Notes under the pieces: model-generated
The model's input: the letters and a program-made list of their open reading frames with translations, nothing else
Told to the model about the DNA's origin: nothing
Databases searched by the model: none
Position numbers and translations under genes: made by a program
Assembly (NCBI GenBank): GCA_907165135.1
Contig: OU015569.1
Coordinates: 6,386,001 to 6,450,000, forward strand
From: Oikopleura dioica
Taxonomy: Eukaryota > Animalia > Chordata
Length of the DNA: 64,000 nt
Direction of reading: 5' to 3'
In this document: positions 37,901 through 50,448 of the stretch, piece after piece
How positions within the stretch are numbered: position 1 is the stretch's first letter
Layout: every line of letters starts with the position of its first letter

Positions 37901-40900
37901 AACGCCTCTGACGCTTTTCTGGGGCTGTTCCCTGATTGCATCCTCCCTCCAATACCGTATCCGCAATATCCGAAGAGCAGAGGCAAGCAGTACTTATGCT
38001 TGTGCTTAGTGGCGCAATTTTAGTAATTTGTGCGCGAATTCCACTGCTTTTAAAAGAAAAATATTTCTGGTCACGCAGTACACTTTACTTTGGCAACGTT
38101 TGCCTGCCGAAAATAAAGAAGCGCTTCCTACTTAAACCTGCAAATTGCATCACACTCTCTGTCTCTCTAAGGGCATCCCCGTCGATAAGACAGTCCCTCG
38201 AATTGGCGGTCAATAGCGTTCGTGTTTCCAAATTAAAGCCAAGCTAGAATCTAATTAGGCCGACGGCGTGTTCAGTGGATTACGTAAGAACTGCGAAGCA
38301 GATGACATTTGAGACATTTGGACGAATTTCAGCGAATTTGCTCTCGAAGGTCATCGCGCCCTGCCTCACGTTTCCGACAAAACCAGTTATCATCCCCAAT
38401 TTAGAAAGTAAATGAGAGCAAATTTTAGATTAAACCCTCTGCGAATTAATAAAAATGGAATTAATGCAGTAATGCGATGAGAAAAGAAGGAAAATGTATT
38501 TGTTCGAAAATAAGTCGCCGAATTTGTGAGATCCAATTGTCCGAAATGAAGGGCACTTGAACGCGCTTTTGGTGGAAAAATTATGTGGCGCGGCGGGATG
38601 CCCCCAAAGTTTTTTTAACGCCCGCTTGTAAGAGTCGCTTGACCAGCGGAATGTCGTGCAGTATGTCCTTCCGTGAACACAAGTAGCTCCCAATAAATAA
38701 AAATGAATAGACGGCCGTTTGGGCTAAACAGCAGGGCAATTGAAACGGGCGCTTCTTGAGCAGGGGATCAACTTAGTCGGCCGAGCGTCCCAAAGCAAAA
38801 AAAATGAGGCTTCGTTTATCTTTCCAGGAGAAAGACGCAAAAAACAATATTGAGATCAATTAGCGGGTGTCAGGATCGGCATTTCGCAATTGCAAAGTCG
38901 CCGTGTGTTTTGACATTCAATAGATACGTTCGGTATCGGGCTAGAATGGGAGGAGATCAATGGCTTACCCTTGCTATGCGAAACAATTACCACGCACTAG
39001 ATTATAGCGTAAGCAATGCTCGATCATGCACCCAACAAAGATAAGTACTGAATCTGCAGGAGAGCACGGAAACGGGGGATTATGAAAGGCAAGTGCACGT
39101 GCAATTAATCTCGGCAAGGAACTCTGTCTAAAGCAGAGATGTTAAATTTAGCTAAGTACTTCTGTTCATTCCGGACGCGGTTATTAGCCCGGTGCTGCGG
39201 CCCTGTGGCTGCCTGGAAATTGGATTCGGCGATATTCCTCTAGCCCTTCATCCCTTTGCAGAAAATCCCCTTTGCACCTGTTTTGAGCTTCGCCAATATA
39301 TATTTATTTATCTTATTTTCCACAAAACGCGTTTCTTCTCGGCAAAAATTTCTCAAAGCGAATTGCATGGTAAATAGATAATAAAGTTGTTGCGCCATCA
39401 ACGGACCAGCGACTGTTATAAAAAGTGCTTCTTGTGTAATCTAGAATTTATCGCAGTCTTGTGCCACAGTCTTGTCCAAGCTCTGATCGAAATCAATTGC
39501 TTATCAGTAGTTCTACTGTCGCAAAACAAAGACCAATGTTCCCAAAGAAGCTTATCACAAATTGAATATCGAGGAGATGAGCCAAATCTGTATCCTTCGA
39601 ATCGATTTTTAATCCGCAAATGGAAATTTAGCTTTCTCTTGATAAAAGTATTCAGACGGGGGGCACGACACAGGTGCCATTCTTGAAAAAGCGAAAAATG
39701 GTGAAAATTCAGTAATTAGGGGACTGATTATTTTTCGTTCGCAGAAAATGGCCGATATTACGAGAAAACCACAGGCAGGGGCGAGCTAATCACTGCGTTC
39801 GCAATGAAAAGAGCCTTCAAGCAGAGGCCACTGGCATTTGATTCTTGCGCACAAGGGCCACGTTTCTTACCTTGACAAACTTTCCAGCGAAGACTTTTCC
39901 TGTCGATCTGTCTTCCAGCCGCTTGACCACGCCAAATTTTCCTCTGAAATATTTTTGTTAACGCAAATTCTTCATTTTTGTTCTCATCGAAGCTTATTTG
40001 TAGAACAGACGCTGTAATCACAGTCAGACCTATTCAAAGTAAACTTCAATATTTTCTTCACTGGGCTTAAATATTCTGGGGCGTCTAAATAGGAGCACTT
40101 TCAAATTGATATTTATCATCTTCTCGGCGATAGTCATTAATACGATTAGCGGTTCTACTCGGAATCCAAAAAAAAGTACCCGAAACGCGTTTTTTTCGGA
40201 GCAGAGGCGAAACTAAAAGTCTCGAGGACTTTCTGAAAAAGTTTCTTATGCGTTACTTGTCGTTATGTTCCTATCTAACAACGTGGAAGGGGGCGTAAGA
40301 TGTGAATTAATCGCCGAGAGGATATCCGCATTACGAGTTTTTATCAATTGCGAGCTCCAGTTCCGCACGGAATAACGTGACGAAATTAGAACTAATCCCA
40401 GATTACAACCTGAAAACAATGACGCGAAACTTCTATTAATCTTATCTCCATTTATTATTCCCTAGTTCAAAGCTCCAGGAACATGTTCCGAGGGTTTGAA
40501 AAATTTGAAAATGACGTGGGACAAGTCCGTTCCGACGGTTAAGGGACAGGAGAAAATAAGGATACATGGTTATCTTGTTTGGAATATGCATTTTTAACTG
40601 GCGTGGATGAACGAATTGTCCACCCAAACACCTTTATGCTTATCCCAAAAGTGTGTAGAGCGGATCAAGGAGCCTTTTACACCGAATTCCGCTGAGAAGT
40701 GGTTAAATATTTGCCTCCGCGAAATCCCACTAGAAAATAAATACGCAAAAAAGAACGCCTTTTAAAAAATCAAAGCAATCTTGAACCGGTTTACATAATC
40801 TGAATGCTAAGAGCGAGTTCGATTTCACGGACTGTACTCATGGGAATCGTAAACGAGCCATCCAGAGCTGAGCTCAAAGGTCTGCTATCAAGGAATGAAA

Positions 40901-41612
40901 ATTTATCATTAATAAATCAAGAGCCTGTCGGATGGTGATTTCGCGTAAATATTCACGGGGCGACCTTTTGGCTCGTCATATCATCACTTTCGCCTCATTG
41001 ACAACTCATAAAATCCTTCATCTTATGGATCGTAGCGGAAATTTTCCAAAATCCTCGGCTATTTTTATTTTGGGCAGCAGATTAGCGAAAGTATAAGAAT
41101 AGCCGCCTCATAAACGTAACGTTATTGCGTTACATTCCAAGACTAAGTATTATGAGAGTCCTGTATCACTGCTAAATAGAGCGGCCAATGTACTATTCCA
41201 GCTCATGTCAGAAACAAAATTAAATAGTGAACGAAAAGCGCACCCGCCTGAGAAGTATCCAAGATTTTGATAAGTGACATTGTTCTGGCGAGCTGCGCAG
41301 CTGCCCGCGCAGAATACGGGCAATTACAAATGCTTGGTCAATATTAGAAAATCCTTTGCGAAGCCGTCGACAAGCAAATCTGCGGCGAGCGCTCCACCGG
41401 ATGATCTTCACTGCGCGTCCTCACTTGGCGATAAGGGCGATACAGAATCGCTCAGATTAATGCGCAGCGACGATCAAACAGCTTATCAAAAACCAAAAAT
41501 TTCAACTAACGACATGTTTACAGGAATTCGTCTCGAAATTCTTAGACCTTCACGTGCCGTTCTACTTTCTCTTTAAAATTGCCAAGAAAATCGTCCATAC
41601 CTGGCTATAACT

Positions 41613-43226
41613 TTATCTCCAACAATAAATCGGTCTGAAATGGCACTGGAGTAGGTCACCAGATCTCCTTGGTGCTCGTGATCGAGCACCGTCATGCTCT
41701 GCTCTCTTTGCGGCAATTTCCCAAGCGAATTCTTTCGTGTTTTCGTCTTCTTCTCGTTTCCAACCTTCTTCCAGAACAAAATTGAAACGGTCCTGTAAAA
41801 TTATTTAAGAATAAAAAATAATACGCGAGAAGCGTTGTGTGCCTAAACGCCGCAGGCAAGGACGAGAGAAAAAATTCTCGTCCAAAATCGCTAAGCTAAT
41901 ATTTGCGCTTGAGAATTTTGTTTCTGCTTTGACCTCGCGGCACCCGCTTTGATCAGCCAGATTTTTCACAAGTTATCGTGGGTTCATTGGGCACTCATGG
42001 AAATTTCAAAGGGGCGTCCTTAATATTCGCCAGAGAACGGTGATGAGCCACGGAAGACAGCAAGTCGCAGTCAGAATAAAATGGATAAACTCGACTAAAC
42101 TTTGACTTTAACGAAATGTCGCATTAATTTTTTCTCAAATATTCGCGAAATAAGCTCCCTTCTACAAGCGCATGACTGGTGGTTTATTATTTGAGCGCCT
42201 GACGTGCTTATGTTAATATATTTCGATAATTGAAATAATATTTCTTACTCAAAATTGGAAGGAAAAAGTTCATTACAAAAATTCTGTTTGCGCTTTTTTT
42301 CTGGAGACTACTATTTGGCGAGCTCAAGCACTCTGATTTAAGAAAATATATAAATGTAATCGGTAAATTATGACACGTTTTTACGACGCCGTCAACATGC
42401 TGCTCAGAGTGAACAGGTGTTCCAAAACACTAATAATCCCTCCTTCTGAAGGCAGTGACCGTTTCCGGCAGCAGTAGAAAATGCGATCCCACGGCTGCTG
42501 GTGGCGTAAAAAATGAGAATGTTAAGATTAAATATTTGATATAAAATATTTGGCATTTACCTGCGTCCGAGTCCTTCCTTTCCTCCGCGTGCAATAATAA
42601 ATCTCTTTCTTCAAACGATAGAATTCTGTTGAGTCTTTTCCGCGACTCAAACAAGGACTGAAAAAATGTTGGGGAAATTTTGTAGACAGGAAGTATGTGT
42701 ATAAAACAAGGTTTTAGGAGACAGAAGACGTTGCGCGCCGTATTCTTGAGCCCAGAAACGCGAGAGGCTCCAGCGCGCCATCGCCGAAAAAAGTCAGCAA
42801 AACGCAACCTAGCGCTGCGCTAAAGCTACCAGCCTCCAACCTCGCTTCACAATGACACAAATCTATTCACATTCTCTGGTAACAATACCTCCTCCAGCTA
42901 GAATGGACCCATATCTTTAATTTTTCATCTACCTGCTCCAGTATTCGCATCAATAATAAAAATAAAAAAAAATCGTTTCTAACAGATCAAGTGATTTTAT
43001 CTTCGAGTTCTAGTTTCGATATTTTACTCTTATTCGAGAACTTTAAAAAATGTCTTCTGAATTGAGAATAAGACAATACTGATTTTGATAAGGAAAGTAG
43101 GCTATACTACATAGGCTCTTGATATAATTTTCATCGGACTCTTCTTCGCCGCGATCGGATTGAAGGCCTCAATGTTAGGGAACTAACGGCCGCTAATGCT
43201 AACAAATGACGAAATTTATTTTGCAT
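41613..43226 (-). CDS. Putative neuropeptide precursor (133 aa) with a C-terminal allatostatin-C-like cyclic peptide
   Basis: Four exons with GT-AG introns (43226-43140, 42657-42561, 42497-42460, 41792-41613; 402 nt) give MQNKFRHLLALAAVSSLTLRPSIRSRRRRSLFESRKRLNRILSFEERDLLLHAEERKDSDAAAVGSHFLLLPETDRFNFVLEEGWKREEDENTKEFAWEIAAKRAEHDGARSRAPRRSGDLLQCHFRPIYCWR*. It has a signal-like N-terminus, several basic cleavage sites, acidic spacers and a terminal C-x6-C-W. Confidence 0.72.
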
Positions 43227-43986
43227 AAATTTTTTGAACGCTGACTGTGTGAGATTCTGCTGACCGTTAGGTAGCAAATGCGCATGCACGTGAGAATGGA
43301 ACTGAAAGCGGAGGAGTGAATAAGACAAATGAGCGGTTGAGGTAGCGATGACTGGCTTCGATTTGGGATTTGAGACCGGTACTCTTTTGTGAAGCCGTAA
43401 TTCCTCACGTTTGGTCAAGGGTACCTGCCATCTAACATGAAACATGTCATGTTTCACACGCGGCAGGACAGCTAATTGGGACAAACGCTGTCCGTTACAG
43501 TGACTTGATTACCGCGTGTTCCCGGAGCAAGCTGAGGAGCGATAATTTCGCCGAGTGACAGGCCGGAAGTCGAGCAATTAGTTGTGTTTTGAAGAAATTG
43601 CTCCACCAGGTCATATTTCTAACCTGATTTGTTCGGTTTTATCCCCATGAAAACATAACTCCAGAGACACCTGATGTCGATTTGCTTAATTCGGTTTATT
43701 ATCCTTCGTTACGAGTCATGTACAAATGAGATTCATAAAGTATTGCGTAGTATTGCATCCTATCAGATGAAATAAGCAGTTTAGGTTCTTCTAGTTAGCG
43801 GTTTGACCACAAAATAGAAGAAAAACCCTCTAGGAATACTATTCTGGAGACAAGGAAGAAATGATGTTTCTAGAACCACCAATGTTTCCATGATGCTCTT
43901 CAACTAGTTAAAATGCGAGGCTTTTGTCGTAAAAGAGAAAGATCAGGTAAAGCCCCATCTGAAAATACAATTAACTACTTTTAAGC

Positions 43987-44494
43987 ATGGGAAAAATTAA
44001 TGCCCCCGATCGGGGTACCCGGAAGCGAGTTTACAGAAGTCGCCCTGGAAGTACGGTATACATGCAGTCAGAGTTGGTGAGAGAGGATTCGGAAGAGTTC
44101 GCGAAAAGTGTCGGAGTTGACAAAAACAGTCTAGTCGTTCTCCGATACCGTCTTCATGTATTGAATAAAACATTTTTGGAGTAATTACGGCATCAGTTAG
44201 AAGATCTTGATCATTTCATTCAGACCGACGGCAAAAAAGTTAACAAGAATGACTAAACTTCTCACTAAGCTCAGGAGCGAAAAGTACCGCGAGATAGGAG
44301 CAACATCAATCGACGAAATCATTCCCGATGGTACTCAATGCGAAGAAGATCGATTACTAGCAGCACTCAAAGAACTCGAGAGTAGAGTGAAAGAACAAAA
44401 ACGCAAAACTAAGATGGCCCAAGAATCTATTTCAGAAGAGGCTACTTCACTTGCATCGACTTCTCAAGATGCATCTACATCACAAGATACATAA
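43987..44494 (+). CDS. Hypothetical protein (~150 aa, 2 exons)
   Basis: Two ORFs join in frame through a ~45-nt GT-AG intron (44159-44203). Short coiled coil RLLAALKELESRVKEQKRK, terminal STSQD repeat, and AATAAA twice after the stop. Confidence 0.45.
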
Positions 44495-44748
44495 AAAGTT
44501 TCTGCTTTCGTATATTATTTTAATTTCAATAAACGCTCAATAAACCGATTAAACCTTGACAGTACGGAAGCGCTCTGCTGAGACGCTTCTGTGATTTCTG
44601 AGTGTTGAAATATGGGAACCGTGTTGGATATATTCAAAGGATTGCACAGTCGACGGTTTCGGAAAAGAGAAAGGATACAGAAAATAAGAAATAAGGGTTT
44701 TAGACTTAAATATGGAAGTTTGTTTTTATTCTAGGACGGCGAAGATCT

Positions 44749-45880
44749 TTAGCCGGAGTAGGTAATGACTAGCCACGAGATGATGAAATAGAACAGAACC
44801 ATTGGATAGACAGCGAGAAACCGGCGATCTAGACTGCTTTCAAGAAAAATTCTTTCAACAAAACTCACCTGATGGGGCAGTGTCTCCAATAAAACACATA
44901 GCAGCTCTAGAACTCCAGCCAAAGGCGACGAGAGTGACGATAAAACGAAGGGCGAACTTTTAAGGGATTCAGAGTGTGGATCGAATTATTTACTGAAATT
45001 GCGATAGCATGGGTATTTTTTGAACCCGTGGCAGAAATGCGCCTTGCGTAGATAGAAGAACAAGTCTGCAGAATAATAACGCGCCTACTAGTGGAGCGAT
45101 GCAGTAGCCAAGAACGCACACCTGAAATGCAAATGTTAGGTTTTCTTCTTCATTAGCAGTGTTACCGATTGAAAGAACGAAATAGTGCCGCCAAGCAATT
45201 TGTTGTTGATTGTGACGACTGCGGAGCCCATCCAGAAGAGGACAAAGAACTGTGTAAAGTGAGGACCACCTTGGCCTTCGTGCAAAATCGCTCCGACAAC
45301 CATGCAGAGCAAAAGAGGACCCCACAGATCCCAGTCACGGAGAAGCAAATTTGATCCCTAGTGAAATATTTAAAAACTGTTATTTTACAGTATTCTGTAG
45401 CGAAGAATGTTGATTTATTGAAAAAGCAAGTTAGAAAAAATCAGTAGAATCTAATACGAATTTAGTTAATCACCCTACGCGCCCCGAATTTCACTGAAAA
45501 TATCAACCAGGAGATAAATTTTCGCGGTACTGATACTGATCTTCTAGCAATTATAAAATACCTCTTTGCTTTCATGAAATTCGCTCACAGAAACTTGCCA
45601 AATGTATTTCTGAGTAAGTTCAGTAAATTATTCGACTCCTTCTGGTAAAGACATTCAGGCGTACCTCTTTCAGTGGGAAGACGACATGTTTGAATTTGTG
45701 GGCAACATCGCGCAGATCTCGCATGATCGTTTCTCGCACTGGCTCGTCGAAATCGTCGTCGTCACAGACTGAATAAGTTCCATTCCAAGTTTGCTAAGGA
45801 TGCGTACCTGTCATGATGGGTTGGTCCATCTCACCGGACAAGTCACCGAAGCTGTAACTCGTCGACTCGAATTCAGCCAT
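44749..45880 (-). CDS. YIPF6: Yip1-domain protein YIPF6
   Basis: DEPVRETIMRDL, LLRDWDLWGPLLLC, INNKLLGGTISFFQSVCVLGYCIAPL, RFLAVYPMVLFYFIISWL. Confidence 0.92.
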
Positions 45881-46060
45881 TTCTTAATGTTTTCGCATAA
45901 GTCGACCGTTCATTAGTTACGCTACCAAGATAGCAATCATTATCCGTTCACGAGTTGCATGTCAGTTTTTGGATTAGTTGAAGAATCTTTTTTGCTTCAA
46001 TCAGAAAGAACAGTAGACAATCAATGTTATTTAACTAAACTAGCATCAGGCTCGTTGCAA

Positions 46061-49000
46061 TCAGCTCTCCTGTCCGACCATTGACCAGATATTCACCGTG
46101 AGCGCTCCGTGCTGCCTAATCACGCGTTTGTGATCGTCGAGGAGCCCCCTCAACTTGGCAAGGACGTCTGTTCGGTTTCGAACGAGCACGGGCGTGATCA
46201 TCGGTATCCTCGTCACTCGCCGCAAACACTTCAGAGCTTTACAGCGCGTTCTAAATCAGTATGTCAGGGCACACTCTTGACCCATCTTCAGCATGAACGA
46301 GAAAGAAAGGAAGACGACTGGTAAAAATTATTATTTCGTTTAATTTTGGTTTGTTTTTAATTGGGCTGGTTAGTGGTGGTTTGACAATATGTGTTAGGGA
46401 ATTGTTGGAATCAGAAGAAAGGATGAAACTTTTGAGTCACAACTTGGTTTTCCTAAAAGTTGAGATCAGTTGAATTACGTTAGATGTTCACTCTCTCAAA
46501 AACGCATTCATTCTCAACACATCACACGGAGCAAAAGAACTATTCGAATAGAAATTCCAGTTAATTTCTGAAAGTATATGCGGCCGTTGAATAATCTGGG
46601 AAAGCGGTGTCTATTATTTCTCCGCCGCATAAGAGCGAGTTGACTGTGCTTTTTGACCATTTGTTAGTTGGCAAAACTACCATTATATAGGACCTCCTAT
46701 ATGGCATGGCTCTCTCAGTAGTAGATCTTAGGGTTCGAGTCGTTTCCTCAAGAACAATGTGTTGGCACACTTTCGCGCAGACCTGAGATTGATTTTACTG
46801 TAAATGAGGCGCAAGAACTCGGCGACCAGTTTCTCCACGTGCTTGCCCAAGAGTTGCTCCACTTCGGGCGACCCTTCGTTGAACAACTGCATCAGAGTTG
46901 AGAGCGAACTGTCCACGAGGGAAGAATCGCTACTTGCAAGTGATTCAAGTAGCAATGGGAGCAAGGGGGGCAGCTCGCGAGACTGGACTTCTGACGGAAT
47001 CAGCGAGAGAAGATGTCCAAGGATTAGGAGCATGTTTTCTTTGATCGTGCCTGAACGATGGATAAGAACTGTCAGTAACGAAAGGTCCTTACTCATTTCT
47101 CTACTCGATTTAGTCTTGTCTTCAATGACTACTTTCAACTTTGGCAATGTGAGCGAAAACAGACGCTGCGGATGAAGAAGTTTAATGTTGAAAGCAGCTT
47201 CGGCGGAAAGATCCGGCGTATCTCCCAACAAGAGCCACCAGCAATCAGCTGCCACTCGACTGAGTTCCTTCGATGCAGTCGTAAAACGCAACAACCTGTC
47301 AAGCCATTCTTCTAGCGTCTTGCCCCCTTTCAAAAGAATTCCCTGAAAAAGAATGTTTGACTTGAAGGGTCGTAATTTAGCAGACCTTTGTGACCCAGGT
47401 CGCTAGAATAAGACTTTCTTCAGTGAGTCCACGTATCGCCATGAAATCGTTCATTCCTGACCATATCTTTTCATCCACATCTTCATGTTTGTTGATAACC
47501 GCGGCGAGAATCTTTGCAGCAGCTATTTTCGATGAATTAATCTTAAAAGAGCTGAAGAGAATATACCTTTTATATGGACAGGAGAGGAGTTTCCATTTCG
47601 AAGTACGGTCAAACAGAATGCCGTGTAATCATTGAAATTTCCAGGATGCGTTGTCGGCGTCGCGGAACATAGAAACGAAGTAAGAAAAGGAACAATCAGA
47701 CTTTGGTTCTTTGAGTAAGCGTACGAAGGCTCAAACTAAGAGGAACTTTCGTATCAAGTTGAATGACGCTGATCTCACCGGTTTGAAGTAGATTTTGCTC
47801 ATTCCGTTGCCCTTGCTCATCGTATTTGTCGTAAACTTGGTCCAAATATCAGCTCGGATGTCTTCTAATGACCCTTGGTCTAGCTGCCTCGCCAAATAAA
47901 GCGTCAATGCACAGATGTGCTCCATCGCTTTCTATTTCAAAAGTTGAAAGTGAGCGCAATAGAAGAAAATCACCTCTGATATCAAAACAGTCTTCTTGTT
48001 CTTATCTTGGCCGCAGTACATGACGGCTTGGATGAGTCCATCAGTCACCTCGACAAACCAGCATTTTGCTACAGCAATGTTCACTTGCGCTTAAATCCCA
48101 TTAGATTTTCGTCATACGTTAAAAACTGAAAACAATATAACTTCGAAAGCTAAAATCATTCGAGTGGCATTCCTTATTGAAATTAGTGTAAAATGTTAGT
48201 CAACAATTCCATACGAACATTGTAACCACCATTGTTATTTCAAACTGTGTGCTCACCAAATGATCCCTTGTACTCAACTACGGCTCCTAAATCATCAATA
48301 TACAGTGATATATTTGATGATTCTGTTATACATATGCAGTCAGTGTCCTATCATATGTGTTCTGCCGAGCTATATTTCTTCGCTACATATTTCCGCATAA
48401 GACGGGAAGAAATCACTTACTGGAGTTGAGTTTCGGAACGGTCCCTTCCAATCCAGACAAAGCGGCTAGGATCGCAGCATCCCAAGTCGAGTCGAATTGG
48501 TGTTTCGTGATCATCGCAATAAGCTTGTGACAAATCTCGAAGGGCAAGAAGCCGTCGTTGCTTATAAACTGGCAGAGGAGCAGAACAAATGTCTCTTGTT
48601 TCAACGCGTTTCCCGTTAGCCTTGGGAGAATATTATCGCGAATGAAATTCGGAGATTTCTCAGCCAGGAACGACATACAATGTGAAGCTTCTTTGCAGAG
48701 TTCCATGCTGTCCGCCTTCGTCGCTAGCTCGAATACTTCAAGAGTGATTGACTCCAAACCGGCTTGGCTTATCAAGTTGCTTTTAGCACATGCGGCGACA
48801 GCAGAAACAGAGAGCAGCTTCGTCTGGAGTGAAACTTCTTTGTTCTTGATCGATTTCAAAAGAACTTCTTCCAGGGCGGAGTTCTTGCTGCCCGATTTGT
48901 TTGAGTTTGCCAGCTCGACAATTGAGTCAAGGGCTTCGCCAGAACTAGCTGGACTAGACAATCCAGGAATCAGATTAGGCAATGCAACTGCCATCACGTC

Positions 49001-50155
49001 AACTCCAGAGGCAGACCAGGCCTTGAGTGCTTTCACTGCTGGCCAAAGAGTTGCCTTGAAGGGCGGTTTGAGATACTCGCCGACCATCTCAAAGAGAAGC
49101 GTCAAGCCCTGCGAGGCGAGTTGTGTACCTGCCAATGCACTGGCAAACGACTCTATGCACTTGATGATTTGTTCTTGCGCCGTCTTATCTTGCTCGCGTT
49201 GTCCAAGATTGATCACCATAATTTGGAGAAACTCTTTCAGTTTGTTTTCTAAAACAGCTTTGTGTAGCGCAGGCAGAGCGACGGCCAGGAGAGCGATAGA
49301 ATCGTCTATCGCCGCAGCAGAGTCTGATCCTAACTTTTCGCAGATGAGCTCCATCAGCGCAGCCGAATGCCGTTTCTTAGCAAGAGGAACGCCGCAAGTG
49401 AGTCCACTCACCATCGCTTTCGTCAACGCGTCGACAAGGTCTGCCCTCGTTATTGGATCCTCACTCGTAGAATCTGGTTCAAAGTCGACGGGAAAGTAGC
49501 ACATGATCACATCGAGCAATTCGTCCCAAAGATTTTCGTTTTCTCCAGCTAGGCACGAGCTCATCACTTCGCCGAACAATTTAAATCCAGTCAAAAGTAC
49601 TTTCGGATCGGTTTCGCCGTCGAAGCTAGAAATACAAAGAGTGACGAACTCGGGGCCGACTTGCTCCAGCCATTGTCTCTGGCGAGTGTGCAGTTCGCGT
49701 AAAAATCTACCACAGTGGAGTCGATTCTCAGCGGACAGGGTTGGCACGTGTAATTCTTGCTGTAGAGTCGGAAGGAGACGCATAACCGCGGATCCGGGAT
49801 ATTTAGCCTGCTATCTTCGGGTTGGCAAACTTGTCAAACTTATCAACTTTTAAAAATGAAACCGAAAAAGGCGTTTTTAACCCCACTGAACGAGATAGAG
49901 CATTCCTTCCATCGCCGCCCCATGCACTTCCCAAGTGTCTTTTAGACGTTCTCTGTAGAATTCTGTAAGCACAGCGACTTCTCGTACATTCAGCGCGTTT
50001 TCCTTGATGCAGCTCAATTCAGTTTCTACCGAGTGGGAGTTGCAATTGAAAACTTACGCGTTAATTTTGTTTAGTGCCTTTATCCTTGTCGCCGGTTCTT
50101 TGTTAGTGAGCTCCGCTCTATTTCCTTCCACGATTTCAAGCACGCTTTGCGACAT
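46061..50155 (-). CDS. MMS19: MMS19 cytosolic Fe-S assembly factor
   Basis: SSFDGETDPKVLL, IMCYFPVDFEP, ITRADLVDAL, ELPPLLPLLLESL, and terminal exon ALKCLRRVTRIP...LRGLLDDHKRVIRQ matching the MMS19 C-terminal LDDKKRLVR motif. Confidence 0.9.
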
Positions 50156-50448
50156 CTTCTTTACCAATAAATTTAGTTTGTGAAGTTTCTTCTAATGGAC
50201 CTTATCGTCTCTAGAAGAGGAAGATCTCTTGCTCGCTGAGAGATGGGACTGGCCAATCAGCGCGCGCTTTTCACCGCCAGAGGAAACTCGCGCAAGCGGC
50301 AAGAAGCTCGACCTGGAAGAAGTCCAGCTTCGCGAACTTTAAAAATGAACGCAGAAGAGGACTTGCATTCCTCCTCCCCATCGGCTGAAAGACAGCTTAC
50401 TTGGCTGAAGGAAAGATTTTTCGATTTTATTCCCATCTCTTCTGAATT

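Noticed and set aside
41274-41576. Plus-strand ORF with NTGNYKC, resembling the Ig DxGxYxC motif
   Set aside because: No other Ig-domain residues, no ATG and no splice support.
41573-41779. Track ORF with a Tudor-like IVGDKVIARY segment
   Set aside because: It is an alternative frame of the neuropeptide last exon. The phase-0 frame has signal, cleavage-site and Cys-motif support.
48558-49499. 313-aa plus-strand ORF
   Set aside because: Antisense shadow of the large MMS19 exon; no domain features.
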